A stretch of 64,000 bases of DNA from a bacterium (GTDB taxonomy: Bacteria; Zhuqueibacterota; Zhuqueibacteria; Residuimicrobiales; Krinioviventaceae): NCBI GenBank assembly GCA_963693055.1, contig OY843751.1:1920001-1984000 (forward strand), read 5' to 3'. This document shows positions 1-10,942 of this stretch, one piece after another. Position 1 is the stretch's first letter; each line of letters begins with the position of its first letter. The notes under the pieces are model-generated. The model ran no database searches. It was not told the DNA's origin and saw nothing but the letters and a program-made list of their open reading frames with translations. The position numbers and the translations under genes are program-made.

Positions 1-1
1 T

Positions 2-451
2 GGTAAAGGCTTGAGTGAAAAAAATATCGAATATGCCTGTCAATCTATTGTCGGTTGGTGTTCCTGCGAGATCAAAGACGATAACCCCGGTATTGATTTG
101 TTAATCAATCGGGACTGGGCGAATCCTGTTGGAGGCACTCTGGTAAAAAATGAACCTTTACCTCCGTTAACCGGTATTTCTGCGTTTGTGGAAAGTGCAG
201 ATACAACAAGCAAGGCTGCAACTCTGGAACATGAAAGCACAATTGAATCTGAATTGCAGGTTCAAGATACTCCACGAGTAGATACAATCCAATCACAATC
301 CAGGAATGATTCATTGGATATAATAGTCTCGCCTGTTACTGTGGTTGAGAAAAAAAACAGCAACCTTTTACTGAGAAATATTTTACTTTTTTTTGGATTG
401 GGTTTGACTGTGTTACTGGTAGTAACCTGGTTAGTACAGCGCAAGAAATAA
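2..451 (+). CDS. 5'-truncated hypothetical protein with CxC motif and C-terminal membrane anchor
   Basis: Frame is open from the window edge (GKGLSEKN...). Carries a WCSCEIKDDNPGIDLL motif, a low-complexity linker and a C-terminal TM helix followed by QRKK. Ends 20 bp before the ABC permease. Confidence 0.7.
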   Translation, partial: GKGLSEKNIEYACQSIVGWCSCEIKDDNPGIDLLINRDWANPVGGTLVKNEPLPPLTGISAFVESADTTSKAATLEHESTIESELQVQDTPRVDTIQSQSRNDSLDIIVSPVTVVEKKNSNLLLRNILLFFGLGLTVLLVVTWLVQRKK

Positions 452-470
452 TAGAATTTTGGGAAAAGAA

Positions 471-1736
471 ATGAATATTTGGAACTTGGTTGTCAAAGAG
501 ATCCGGCAGAGAAAATTAAATTTTATTCTGGGTTTAATTTCGGTAATAATTGCAGTAACAGCTCTTGCCGGCTCTGTTTTTATGTTACGGATACATGATT
601 TACAAACCGAAGAGATTATTGCAAATAAACAAAAAGAGACCGAAGAAAGAATGGCTCTTTTAAAAGATGATTACCGCAAAATTATGAAGTTGTTGGGATT
701 CAATCTGCTCATTCTGCCTGAAAATCAAAATCTGGCAGACCTGTATGCAAATGATTATGCGACACAATATATGAGTGAAGATTATGTAACCAAACTCTCC
801 AACTCTAAAATGATGTCTATTCGACATTTACTCCCCAGTATAGAACAAAAGATCAAGTGGCCGGAAGAAAAAAGAACGATAATTCTAATAGGTACACGGG
901 GTGAAGTCCCTTTTGCGCATCGCGATCCCAAAGAGCCCATGCTGATTGCAGTTCCCAAAGACAGTTTGGTAATGGGGTACGAGCTGTGGAACAGTCTTGG
1001 TTTAAAGGTGGGTGATACGGTTAAATTATTTGACAGAAATTTTTCTATCCAAAAGTGCAATGAAGAGCGTGGAAGTAAAGATGATATCTCAATCTGGGTA
1101 GATCTTGCTCAAGCTCAGGACATCCTCAACCGACCCAATCAGATCAATGCAATTCTTGCATTAAAATGCCATTGCTTTGGCAGCGATATATCTCAAGTTC
1201 GGGATGATATTAAGGCGATTTTGCCCGGAACCAAAGTCATTGAAAAAGATACCAAGGTTGTAACCCGTGCAGAAGCCCGTGACAGGGCAGCCTTGGAAGC
1301 CCAGCAGGCAATTGAGGCTGAAATAGCGAACCGGCAGGCTATGAAAGAGGAACGCGAAAAATTGCTTTCCATTCTGCTTCCTCTTATTTTACTTGCATGT
1401 GCGGTTTGGATTGTGCTTTTATTTATCATTAATGTACGGGAGCGTAAAAGCGAGATTGGTATTCTTCGGGCTATTGGTGTACATTCATCTGCTATATTGA
1501 AACTTTTTCTCACCAAAGCATTAATTATGGGAGTTGCAGGTGGCTTGTTGGGATACATGCTTGCCTTTATTACCGGTAAATTGTTTTATAATGTCTTGAC
1601 GCTTATGAGCGTTTCAGGACCAGAATTGTTTATTACAGCCATTATCATGTCTACTTTGCTGGCGGTTATTGCAAGCTGGGTACCCGCATTGCTGGCTTCC
1701 AAACAAGATCCCGCAGAAATATTGAGAGAGGAGTAG
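471..1736 (+). CDS. ABC transporter permease, MacB/FtsX/LolE family
   Basis: N-terminal TM, large extracytoplasmic domain, ERKSEIGILRAIG motif, three C-terminal TMs, ends DPAEILREE. ATG at 471 preferred over TTG at 459. Confidence 0.9.
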   Translation: MNIWNLVVKEIRQRKLNFILGLISVIIAVTALAGSVFMLRIHDLQTEEIIANKQKETEERMALLKDDYRKIMKLLGFNLLILPENQNLADLYANDYATQYMSEDYVTKLSNSKMMSIRHLLPSIEQKIKWPEEKRTIILIGTRGEVPFAHRDPKEPMLIAVPKDSLVMGYELWNSLGLKVGDTVKLFDRNFSIQKCNEERGSKDDISIWVDLAQAQDILNRPNQINAILALKCHCFGSDISQVRDDIKAILPGTKVIEKDTKVVTRAEARDRAALEAQQAIEAEIANRQAMKEEREKLLSILLPLILLACAVWIVLLFIINVRERKSEIGILRAIGVHSSAILKLFLTKALIMGVAGGLLGYMLAFITGKLFYNVLTLMSVSGPELFITAIIMSTLLAVIASWVPALLASKQDPAEILREE

Positions 1737-1739
1737 ATA

Positions 1740-2375
1740 TTGCTGAAACTTGAACATGTAAATAAAGCTTATAATAAAGATCACCATAAAGTAGATGTGT
1801 TGACAGATTTTTCATTAGAAATTGAAAAGGGAGAATTTGTTGCCATTAAAGGTCCCAGCGGTTGTGGTAAAACCACATTGTTATTGATTGCAGGCGGATT
1901 GTTGGAACCCGATTCCGGTGAGGTTATTATTAATAATGAAAATATGTATCAAAAAAGCCCTGAAGAACGTTCCATGTTTCGGGCCGGAAATATTGGATTT
2001 GTTTTTCAGCAATATCATCTCATTCCATATTTAACGGTTTTGGAAAACATCATGGCACCCGGCCTTGCCAAAGGTGTTCATGTTGAAACTGACAAAGCAT
2101 ATGAACTTTTGGAGCGATTTGGAATTGCTCATCGCGCAAAACATGTTCCCGGTGAAATGAGTGTTGGCGAAAAACAACGTGTTGCTTTGGCCAGAGCTTT
2201 GGTTAATGAACCTGCTATTTTGTTAGCAGATGAAATTACCGGTAATCTTGATGAAAAAAATATCGATATTGTAACCGGTTATCTCCATGATTATCATCAA
2301 AAGGGAGGTACAATCGTTCTTGTAACTCATGATCACAATACCGCAGAAAAAGCTGAAAAAATAATTACATTATAA
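1740..2375 (+). CDS. ABC transporter ATP-binding protein (LolD/MacB-like)
   Basis: Walker A GPSGCGKTT, Q-loop GFVFQ, signature MSVGEKQR, Walker B ILLADE, VTH switch. Confidence 0.95.
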   Translation: MLKLEHVNKAYNKDHHKVDVLTDFSLEIEKGEFVAIKGPSGCGKTTLLLIAGGLLEPDSGEVIINNENMYQKSPEERSMFRAGNIGFVFQQYHLIPYLTVLENIMAPGLAKGVHVETDKAYELLERFGIAHRAKHVPGEMSVGEKQRVALARALVNEPAILLADEITGNLDEKNIDIVTGYLHDYHQKGGTIVLVTHDHNTAEKAEKIITL

Positions 2376-2392
2376 ATATATCAAGGGTAGAT

Positions 2393-5300
2393 ATGAAAAA
2401 AGCAGTATTCACGATTTTCACAATTTTTATTCTGACATCTGTTGTTACAAATGTTTTTGCTGTAGACTGGCCCATGTGGCGTTTTGATGAGGGTAGAAGT
2501 GCATGCTCAACAGAGCAATTGCCAGATCAGTTGAATGCAATTTGGTCCTGGAAGTTCAGCCCTCGTGAACCGGTTTGGGATGATCCCCTGAACCGCGATA
2601 TGATGCAATATGATAAACAGTTTGAGCCTATTGTGTTGGGAAATACATTATTTGTAGGCTTTAATGATAAAGACAAGGTTGTTGCCATTGATACGGAAAG
2701 CGGTCAGGTCAAATGGAATTTTTATGCAGACGGACCTGTACGGCTTCCCCTGGCAGGAAGAAATGGCAAACTCTATTTTACCAGCGATGATGGCTTTTTG
2801 TATTGTCTTTCTGCGAAAAGTGGAGAGGTTTTGTGGAAGTTCCAGGGAGGTCCGCTTGATCGTAAAATACTGGGTAATAAACGTCTGATTTCATCCTGGC
2901 CTGCGCGAGGTGGTGTTGTATTAAAAGACGACAAGGTTTATTTTGCCGCCAGTATCTGGCCGTTAATGGGAACATTTATCTATGCGCTCGATGCCGAAAC
3001 CGGTGATGTGGTTTGGCGAAATGAAGGCATGGGCTCCCGATATATGCTACAGCCCCACAATTCACCTGCTTTTGCAAGTATTGCTCCCCAAGGGACCTTT
3101 GTTGTAAGTGGTGATTATCTTTTAATTCCGGGTGGCAGGTCAGTACCCGCATGCTTTGATCGTCATACAGGAGAAATGATCTATTACCATCTTGCGGATT
3201 TTAACAAGAATGGTGGTGCGTTTGTTTGTGCTAATGATACCTATTTCTTTAATCACGCACGTGACAGAGAAACCAATCTGTTTGATCTGAAAACAGGAGA
3301 TCGGTTGTTACGCAATTTGGGCAAGTATCCTGTTCTGGCGGACAAGGCGTTTTACATGTCTGGCGATTCAATCATTGTTCGCAATGCTTTGGATCCCGAA
3401 AAAATATTATCAATTATCCGGGTTGAAGCAAATGGTGACCTGATCAAAGCTGGTAATTGTCTCTATGCGGGAGGTAAGAACCATATTACCTGCATTGATG
3501 TCAGTGACAGTGAGAATCAAGGACAAATCAAGTGGTCTCAACAAATTGATGGTTCTGTAGCAAGGTTAATCGCTGCTAATGAAAAACTATTTGTCGTAAC
3601 ACAAAGGGGTGAAATAATTGCTTTTGGTAACAAAGCATCATCCTTTAATCAATATGCTGAAAATAAATCAGATGAATTTAAAGTTGATAAATCTATTTCT
3701 AAAATTTTTGAACAAACAGATACTCGCAAAGGATTTGCACTTTATTATGGAATTGATAAAGATAAACTCGCTACTTTTGCCCAAAAGTCCGAGTTTTCTA
3801 TAATTGCGTTTGAAGCGGATCCCCATAAAGTTGATGGATTACGAAAAGAGTTTGATAATAATGGATTGTTGAGTGCCCAATTGAGCATTTTACCGGGCGA
3901 CCCGGAAACCGCATCCGTACCCCCATACATGGCTTCTTTGATAGTGGTGAATGATGTTGAACGTATCCGAAAAATGAATGATTTGAGCAGCCTGTCACAT
4001 CTGTTTGACGCTATTCGTCCTTATGGCGGCAAAATGTGGATGCCAGATAAAAAAGGTTTGTTTGAAAAATTGACAAATTTTGCTGCTGGTTATTCTGAAA
4101 GTGATTTGAATGTTGAAAAAGTTAAAGACGGTATTATTGTTTGTAAAACCGGTCCACTAAAAGGTTCTTCAAACTGGACGCATCAGTATGGAAATATCTC
4201 AAACACGGTCAAGTCTGATGATGAGCTTGTAAAATTGCCATTGGGAATTCTCTGGTTTGGCGGTAACTCTAATCTGGAAGTATTGCCCAGACACGGACAT
4301 GGACCGCCGGAACAGATTATGGATGGCCGTTTAATTATACAAGGAATGGATTGCATCAGTGCACGTGATGTTTATACCGGTCGGGTATTTTGGAAAACCG
4401 AACTGGATTGTACGAATGTTTATGATACTTATTATGATGAATCCTATACCGATACACCATTGGTTGCAACCTATAACCAGGAGCATTTACCTGGTGCTAA
4501 TTCACGCAATACCAATTTTGTTGTAACCAAAGAAAATGTATACATTCTGGAAAATGATACCTGTCGTGTGTTGGATATTAATACCGGTAAGGATATTAAA
4601 AAAATTATGCTGCCTGCTCAGGAAGATGAACAACCCGAGTGGGGATATATAGGTATTGTTCAAGATCTGCTCATTGCAGGTTCAGATTTTGTTCCCTTTT
4701 CAGCAATGACGCCGTTAACCAAAGAAGACGAAGCGGCCGTGGCTGAAATGTCTCGAAAAAATCGCCGCAAAGAAAAAATATGGGGTGATTTTGATGATAC
4801 TGCAAGTAAAGAATTGGTCATTCTTGATCGTCATTCTGCTCAAGTTAAATGGGAACAATCTTCGCGATATGGATTTATTCATAACGCAATAACTGCATCT
4901 GACAAACTTTTATACTGTCTGGACAAGCTTCCACCTGGTGTTGAAAAGAAAATGCAGAGACGCGGTATGGATACGCCAACAGATTATCGGTTAATTGCAT
5001 ATGATCTGGAGAGTGGAAAACCCGTGTGGACGATAACAGAAGGTGTTTTTGGGAGCTGGCTCAGTTATTCCAAACAATATAACCGTCTCATTCAGGCTAC
5101 ACGTCCCTCGCGAGATATGATACGCGGTGAAGATGGTGAGAGAATGTCGGTTTACAATGCCACTACTGGCGAACTCGTCTGGGACAGACCCATAGAATAT
5201 CATAATCCTCCAATATTGCATGGTGATCGAATTATCACAGATAATGCAGCTTATAGTCTGGAAACTGGTGATGCAATATTTCGGACAGATCCCATTACTG

Positions 5301-6133
5301 ATCAGAAAATACAATGGACCTATTCACGGGCTTATGGTTGTAATTATAATATTGCCAGTGAATATCTGCTTTCCTTTCGTTCAGCCGCAGCAGGATTTTA
5401 TGATCTCTATCGGGAAAGTGGTACCGGTAACTTTGGTGGATTCAAGTCCGGCTGTACATCCAATCTGATTGCTGCGGGTGGGCTATTAAACGCTCCCGAC
5501 TATACCCGTACCTGTCAATGCTCGTATCAGAATCAAACATCACTGGCGTTTATTCACATGCCTGAATTGGAATACTGGACTACCAATGATTTTGAGTGGA
5601 ACGGTAGTGCAATTCAACATGTGGGAATCAATCTCAATGCACCTGGTGATCGTATTGATGATAGTGGTACATTGTGGATGGATTATCCCAGTGTGGGTGG
5701 TAAATCTCCGGATATACCCATCAAGATCGATTCTCTTGGAATTGGTGATATACGCAGACATTCACTTTTTTTAGACCAAAATGGTTTTGAATGGATTGGT
5801 GCTTCTGCATTGACCGGCCCTATTAATCTTGATATTACCATAGATAGTTCTACTGATATTGAACATATTTACAATATTAATCTGGTTTTTGCTGAAATAG
5901 AAGAAATGGACCCGGGTGAACGTATATTCGATGTTTATATTCAGGGTGTAAAGGTACTTGCTGATTTTGATGTGGTTAAAGAGGCCGGGGGAAAAGACCT
6001 CCCCATCACCCGATCATTTGAAGATATTAAAGTTACTCAAGATGTTGAAATCCGTTGTGTATCGGTGAATGGCTCTCAGGCAGCCCCATTGTTGTGTGGT
6101 GTTGAGTTGATCAATACTTCATTCAGACAATAA
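2393..6133 (+). CDS. Secreted PQQ-like (BamB-type) beta-propeller repeat protein with central methyltransferase-like segment and C-terminal malectin-like domain
   Basis: Signal peptide. Two propeller starts (DWPMWRFD, NWTHQYGN) and many D..TG..VW repeats. GCN..GCT..CQC cysteines. C-terminal FAEIEE..GERIFDVYIQG malectin-like motif. Confidence 0.8.
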   Translation: MKKAVFTIFTIFILTSVVTNVFAVDWPMWRFDEGRSACSTEQLPDQLNAIWSWKFSPREPVWDDPLNRDMMQYDKQFEPIVLGNTLFVGFNDKDKVVAIDTESGQVKWNFYADGPVRLPLAGRNGKLYFTSDDGFLYCLSAKSGEVLWKFQGGPLDRKILGNKRLISSWPARGGVVLKDDKVYFAASIWPLMGTFIYALDAETGDVVWRNEGMGSRYMLQPHNSPAFASIAPQGTFVVSGDYLLIPGGRSVPACFDRHTGEMIYYHLADFNKNGGAFVCANDTYFFNHARDRETNLFDLKTGDRLLRNLGKYPVLADKAFYMSGDSIIVRNALDPEKILSIIRVEANGDLIKAGNCLYAGGKNHITCIDVSDSENQGQIKWSQQIDGSVARLIAANEKLFVVTQRGEIIAFGNKASSFNQYAENKSDEFKVDKSISKIFEQTDTRKGFALYYGIDKDKLATFAQKSEFSIIAFEADPHKVDGLRKEFDNNGLLSAQLSILPGDPETASVPPYMASLIVVNDVERIRKMNDLSSLSHLFDAIRPYGGKMWMPDKKGLFEKLTNFAAGYSESDLNVEKVKDGIIVCKTGPLKGSSNWTHQYGNISNTVKSDDELVKLPLGILWFGGNSNLEVLPRHGHGPPEQIMDGRLIIQGMDCISARDVYTGRVFWKTELDCTNVYDTYYDESYTDTPLVATYNQEHLPGANSRNTNFVVTKENVYILENDTCRVLDINTGKDIKKIMLPAQEDEQPEWGYIGIVQDLLIAGSDFVPFSAMTPLTKEDEAAVAEMSRKNRRKEKIWGDFDDTASKELVILDRHSAQVKWEQSSRYGFIHNAITASDKLLYCLDKLPPGVEKKMQRRGMDTPTDYRLIAYDLESGKPVWTITEGVFGSWLSYSKQYNRLIQATRPSRDMIRGEDGERMSVYNATTGELVWDRPIEYHNPPILHGDRIITDNAAYSLETGDAIFRTDPITDQKIQWTYSRAYGCNYNIASEYLLSFRSAAAGFYDLYRESGTGNFGGFKSGCTSNLIAAGGLLNAPDYTRTCQCSYQNQTSLAFIHMPELEYWTTNDFEWNGSAIQHVGINLNAPGDRIDDSGTLWMDYPSVGGKSPDIPIKIDSLGIGDIRRHSLFLDQNGFEWIGASALTGPINLDITIDSSTDIEHIYNINLVFAEIEEMDPGERIFDVYIQGVKVLADFDVVKEAGGKDLPITRSFEDIKVTQDVEIRCVSVNGSQAAPLLCGVELINTSFRQ

Positions 6134-6192
6134 AGAGTAATGTGTATATAACTGAAATTGATTTAATCTTTCCCGTTTTTTTTAGTTGGTAA

Positions 6193-6230
6193 AAAACAGA
6201 CTGTCTTTATATTTCAAGACAGTCTGTTTT
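6193..6230 (+). terminator. Intergenic hairpin, probable bidirectional intrinsic terminator
   Basis: Perfect 15-bp inverted repeat aaaacagactgtctt / aagacagtctgtttt. Confidence 0.6.
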
Positions 6231-6279
6231 ATATAGCATACATATTATTTTTTTAAATAATAAAACGAAAAGGAGCAAA

Positions 6280-8589
6280 ATGAAACAGGGCTTAATCTCC
6301 ATTATGGTTGTATTTTTATTGTCTCTTTTCTCTTGCAGTCTGAAAACAGAGTGGATTGATTATGTTGATCCGTTGATTGGTACGGGCCCCAGCACAACCA
6401 TAAGCAATATGAAGCATGGTTCTGAACATGTAAATTATGCAAATGCACAGGTCATTCCGGCTGTTACCATGCCATTTGGCATGACAAACTGGACTCCCCA
6501 AACCCGGGAAACTGAAAAAAAATGTAATGCACCATTTTATTATACTGATCCCTATGTTCAGGGATTCCGGGCCAGCCATTGGTTAAGTGGATCTTGTGCT
6601 CAGGATTACGGCAGCTTTACTATTATGCCGGTTACCGGAGAATTAAAATGTTCGCCATCTGTTCGTGGTTCCCATTTTGATCAGAATTCGCAGATTACCA
6701 CCCCTGCGTATTATGCCGTAGAATTGGAAAATTATCAAGTAAAAGCCGAGATGACGGCAACTACCCGAAGTGCAATTTTTCGTTTTACTTTTGAAAATTC
6801 AGATTCTGCATTTATACTTGTAGATACCAACAGCGATGAAGGCCAAGGTTTTATTCAGATCGATCATGAGAAAAATGAGATTGTTGGTTATAATCCTGTT
6901 CACAGACTCTATCAGGGAATTGGTAAATATGCAGGATTTAAAGGATATTTTGTGATAAAGTTCGATAAATCTTTGCAGAATTTTGGTGTTTATCAGGAGA
7001 ATACTCCAAAATACAAGCAAAACAAAATAAAGGATGAAAAAAATATCGGTGGTTTTGTCGCTTTTCAGGTAAATGCCGGTGATGAGTTATTGGTCAAAGC
7101 TGCTTCATCTTTTACCAGTATAGAACAAGCCAGGAAAAATCTGGATACTGAAATACCCCATTGGGATTTTGAGCAAGTACACCAAAATATTCGTGATCAT
7201 TGGAATGATTTATTGGGCCGCTATGAAATTAAATCTCAGAATAAAGAAGATTATGTAAAATTTTACACTTCTATTTACCATTGTTATCAGCAGCCAAGAA
7301 TTGTTAATGATGTTGATGGTACCTACACCGGATTTGCACAGGATGATAATGTTTACCAAGCTAATGGATATAACTATTTTGATGATTTTTCCATGTGGGA
7401 TACTTACAGAGCATTACATCCCTTGTATACCATCATGAACACCAAAGAAACAATCTCTATGATTAAATCCATTGTTTTAAAAGCAGAACAAGGTGGCTGG
7501 CTGCCTATTTTCCCCATGTATAACAGCTATACTTCTGCTATGATTGGGGACCATATGATTTCTCTGGTTGGCGATGCATATTTGAAAGGTATTGATGATT
7601 TTGATGTAGAGACCGCATATAAATATATGCGTCAGAATGCATTCAAGTCTCCGGAATCTTTAAAAGATTATGCAGATGGCAAAGGACGACGTTCTTTGGG
7701 TTCGTATCTCAAATACGGTTACGTACCGGTAGAAGATCCGGTACTTTATGCTTTTCATAAACGGGAACAAAGCTCACGTACACTGGAATATGCCTATGAT
7801 GATTTTGTGCTTGCGGAAATTGCACAAAAGCTGGGAAAAACAGATGATTATAATAAACTCCTTGAGCGGGCGCAATTTTATAAAAATGTATATGACCCCA
7901 ATATCGGTTATCTGCGTGGCAGACATGAAAACGGAAGTTGGGTTGAAAATGCAGATTATAAAAAACCTCAAAAATACGTGACCGAAGCAACTCCATTTCA
8001 TTATTCCTGGTATGTTCCACATGATGTGGCTGGTTTAATTGATATTATGGGTGGAGTAGATTCGTTTACAGCAAGACTGGATACATTTTTTGTAGAAACC
8101 CATTATTGGCATGGAAACGAACCCAGTCATCAGGTGGTTTATATGTACAATTTTGCTGGTCATCCGGAAAAAGCACAACAGACAATCCGAAAAATATTAA
8201 AGGAAGAATATGGTATAGGCCCCGGTGGTTTGAGCGGTAACGACGATTCAGGACAAATGTCTGCTTGGTATTTGTTTTCCGTATTGGGATTTTATCCTGT
8301 TTGTCCGGGTGTTCCTGAATATGTAATTGGAACCCCATCATTTGATACTGTGAACTTGACATTAGAAGATGGAAAGAAATTCAAGATTGTTGCGCACAAT
8401 AATTCTGACGACAATTGTTATATTGAATCTATAAAACTCAATGGTAAACCCTATAACAAGACTTTTATAAATCATAAAGATATTGTCAGCGGTGGAAAAC
8501 TGGAATTTTTTATGACTTCTGATCCCAACACGGGGTGGGGAAGTGAGAAAGACGCTGTTCCTTATTCTTTGTCAAATAGAAAGCAGTAA
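6280..8589 (+). CDS. GH92 alpha-mannosidase family lipoprotein
   Basis: YVDPLIGT, PFGMT, SMWDTYR, HGNEPSH and GNDDSGQMSAW motifs. Lipobox-like LFSC. Confidence 0.93.
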   Translation: MKQGLISIMVVFLLSLFSCSLKTEWIDYVDPLIGTGPSTTISNMKHGSEHVNYANAQVIPAVTMPFGMTNWTPQTRETEKKCNAPFYYTDPYVQGFRASHWLSGSCAQDYGSFTIMPVTGELKCSPSVRGSHFDQNSQITTPAYYAVELENYQVKAEMTATTRSAIFRFTFENSDSAFILVDTNSDEGQGFIQIDHEKNEIVGYNPVHRLYQGIGKYAGFKGYFVIKFDKSLQNFGVYQENTPKYKQNKIKDEKNIGGFVAFQVNAGDELLVKAASSFTSIEQARKNLDTEIPHWDFEQVHQNIRDHWNDLLGRYEIKSQNKEDYVKFYTSIYHCYQQPRIVNDVDGTYTGFAQDDNVYQANGYNYFDDFSMWDTYRALHPLYTIMNTKETISMIKSIVLKAEQGGWLPIFPMYNSYTSAMIGDHMISLVGDAYLKGIDDFDVETAYKYMRQNAFKSPESLKDYADGKGRRSLGSYLKYGYVPVEDPVLYAFHKREQSSRTLEYAYDDFVLAEIAQKLGKTDDYNKLLERAQFYKNVYDPNIGYLRGRHENGSWVENADYKKPQKYVTEATPFHYSWYVPHDVAGLIDIMGGVDSFTARLDTFFVETHYWHGNEPSHQVVYMYNFAGHPEKAQQTIRKILKEEYGIGPGGLSGNDDSGQMSAWYLFSVLGFYPVCPGVPEYVIGTPSFDTVNLTLEDGKKFKIVAHNNSDDNCYIESIKLNGKPYNKTFINHKDIVSGGKLEFFMTSDPNTGWGSEKDAVPYSLSNRKQ

Positions 8590-8627
8590 TAAACTGTGAT
8601 ACTCATTATATCGTAAAGAACAATATA

Positions 8628-8657
8628 CCGTCGCATTTAATTATTGAAATGTGACGG
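8628..8657. terminator. Hairpin after first GH92
   Basis: ccgtcgcattt / aaatgtgacgg stem (one G-U pair). No clear U-tract. Confidence 0.35.
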
Positions 8658-8866
8658 GAATAAACTTGTCTAAAAATGGATACAGTAACAAGAGTGTCTT
8701 TAGAAAAAACATTGAGATTTAATAAAAAATAACTATATTAAAAAATATTTATTTTATCGCAAATATGTTATGAAGCTATTATAAAATAACATAAATTGTC
8801 AGATAACTTTTCTAATTAATTAATCTGGTTTGAAATTATTTTTATTTAATTTAAAACGGATATAAA

Positions 8867-10906
8867 ATGCGTAAACTAGTTTTCTACTTTGTTGTAATAT
8901 TTTTTACATCAATTTTATCTGCAGCAGATTTGGTCAGGTATGTTGATCCTTTTATCTGCTCGGCGGGAGACCACGGTCAACTTGATCCGTCAGCCAATGT
9001 TCCCTTTGGAATGATCAAATTGGGACCCCAGACACTTTCCGGTGGTCATACCGGATATGATTATAATGCCAAAGAAATATCAGGTTTTACCCATACACGC
9101 TTGATGGGTGTAGGTTGTAGTGGCGCAGGTGGAGTATTGCTAACCAAGCCAGGATTAGGTGAGCCAAATGCAGACGCTATAGAATATCTCAAAAACAGCG
9201 AAACTGCTTCTCCCGGGTACTATGCTGTGAAATTCGTGAATGGTATTCAAGCCGATATGACAATTAATCAACATGTGGGTTTGCAGCGTTTTACTTTTCC
9301 TCAATCGGGTAAAGCATATATCATGATTGATCCTGCAGCTTCATTAGAGGAGGTGTTGAGCTCGGAATACGATGTTCGGTCAAATCGTGAAATTACTGGT
9401 AGAATAACTGCTAAAAATAATTGCAGATTTGGTATGTATACCAATTATTATGTAATTAATTTTGATAAGGCATTTGATTCTGTAGTTAAAAAAGATGGCA
9501 AGGTGTTTCTGGTTTTTTCTTTAAAACAAGATGAATCTGTAATCATGAGTGCTGCGCTGTCTCCTTTGAGTGTTGAACAGGCCAGGGAGGATTTGTATTC
9601 AGCATTAATGAATAAATCCTTCGATACTGTTAAAACAGAGGCAAAACAGGCTTGGGAGAATATTTTTGACCGTGTTGTTGTTGAGGGTAAAGAAGAGTAT
9701 AAAACCTTGTTTTATACCCATCTGTATCATTCCTGTTTATCACCTTTCAACAGCACAAGTTCTTCAGGTACATACAAGGGAACGGATAATAAAATCTACA
9801 AGGCAGAAGGCTATACCCATTATGATTCGTGGTCCATTTGGGATACGTTTCGTACAAAATTTCCCCTTGTAACTTTGCTTGAACCCGGGTTGATGCGGGA
9901 TTTCTGTTTGTCGCTGGTTGATTTGTACAATACCGGTTTAACGTATCAACCGAGTAACAGCGAGCCTATTGTTACATGCCGTACAGAACATGCATCCATA
10001 GTTTTGCTGGATGCGTGGAAAAAAGGCATTCCCCTTGATTTAAAAGCAGTATATCCCAAACTGGTAGAAGAAACGAAACAGTTTTCTACCGATTCTCCTG
10101 ATAAAAAGCTGGAAGCTGCTTATGATTACTGGTGTTTGGCAGAGATTGCTAAAATTGTAGGAAATAATGCTGACTATGTAAAATATTCACAAAAGGCCGG
10201 GATGTATAAAGACATCTGGGTGGAAAAATTCAAAGTCATGAATGAAAATGCAGACATCATGCATGGTGATGGTTTATATGAAGGAACACTCTGGCAGTAC
10301 CGCTGGTTTGTTCCTCAGGACATTCCGGGATTGTTGGAATTGTTTGAAGGAAAAGACAATTACACCAAAGATTTGACTTATTTCTATGAAAACGATCTTT
10401 ATAATCACGGAAATCAACCGGATATTCATGTGCCGTTCATGTTTGCATTCAGCAATTCACCCTGGTTATCACAAAAATGGGTAAATGAAATATTGACCAA
10501 AGATACAAAAAATTATTATGGTACCCATGTGAAATGGGACAAGCCTTTTGTTGGTAGAATTTATAACACCAGTCCGCAAGGGTATATACCAGAGATGGAT
10601 GATGATGATGGAACCATGTCTGCCTGGTATGTATTTGCGGCAATGGGTTTATATCCGTATTGTGTGGGTAAACCAGAATACGTGATTACCACCCCTATTT
10701 TTGATAATATTAAAATAAATCTTGAAAATGGTAACCCGTTAGAGATTAAAACCAAAAATTTTTCTGATGAAAATTACTATATTCAATCTGTAACGTTTAA
10801 TGGAAAAAAAATAAATTCGGCAATAATTACCCACGAGCAGCTGATGGAAGGCGGCGTTCTGGAGTATGAATTGGGAAACAAACCCAATACTAAATTATTC
10901 AAGTAA
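8867..10906 (+). CDS. GH92 family glycoside hydrolase (divergent, short form)
   Basis: YVDPFI, PFGMIKLGP, WSIWDTFR, HGNQPD and MDDDDGTMSAW motifs. Signal peptide. Confidence 0.88.
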   Translation: MRKLVFYFVVIFFTSILSAADLVRYVDPFICSAGDHGQLDPSANVPFGMIKLGPQTLSGGHTGYDYNAKEISGFTHTRLMGVGCSGAGGVLLTKPGLGEPNADAIEYLKNSETASPGYYAVKFVNGIQADMTINQHVGLQRFTFPQSGKAYIMIDPAASLEEVLSSEYDVRSNREITGRITAKNNCRFGMYTNYYVINFDKAFDSVVKKDGKVFLVFSLKQDESVIMSAALSPLSVEQAREDLYSALMNKSFDTVKTEAKQAWENIFDRVVVEGKEEYKTLFYTHLYHSCLSPFNSTSSSGTYKGTDNKIYKAEGYTHYDSWSIWDTFRTKFPLVTLLEPGLMRDFCLSLVDLYNTGLTYQPSNSEPIVTCRTEHASIVLLDAWKKGIPLDLKAVYPKLVEETKQFSTDSPDKKLEAAYDYWCLAEIAKIVGNNADYVKYSQKAGMYKDIWVEKFKVMNENADIMHGDGLYEGTLWQYRWFVPQDIPGLLELFEGKDNYTKDLTYFYENDLYNHGNQPDIHVPFMFAFSNSPWLSQKWVNEILTKDTKNYYGTHVKWDKPFVGRIYNTSPQGYIPEMDDDDGTMSAWYVFAAMGLYPYCVGKPEYVITTPIFDNIKINLENGNPLEIKTKNFSDENYYIQSVTFNGKKINSAIITHEQLMEGGVLEYELGNKPNTKLFK

Positions 10907-10942
10907 TCCACCAAACCGAATTGAAAAACAGGAGTATACTTT

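Noticed and set aside
2393-6133. Calling the propeller protein BamB or a PQQ alcohol dehydrogenase
   Set aside because: Size, extra domains and CxC (rather than vicinal CC) do not fit either.
6193-6230. Hairpin sharing cagactgt/acagtctg with the IS1182 TIRs (possible MITE)
   Set aside because: Only 8 bp are shared. Position and A/T flanks fit a terminator.
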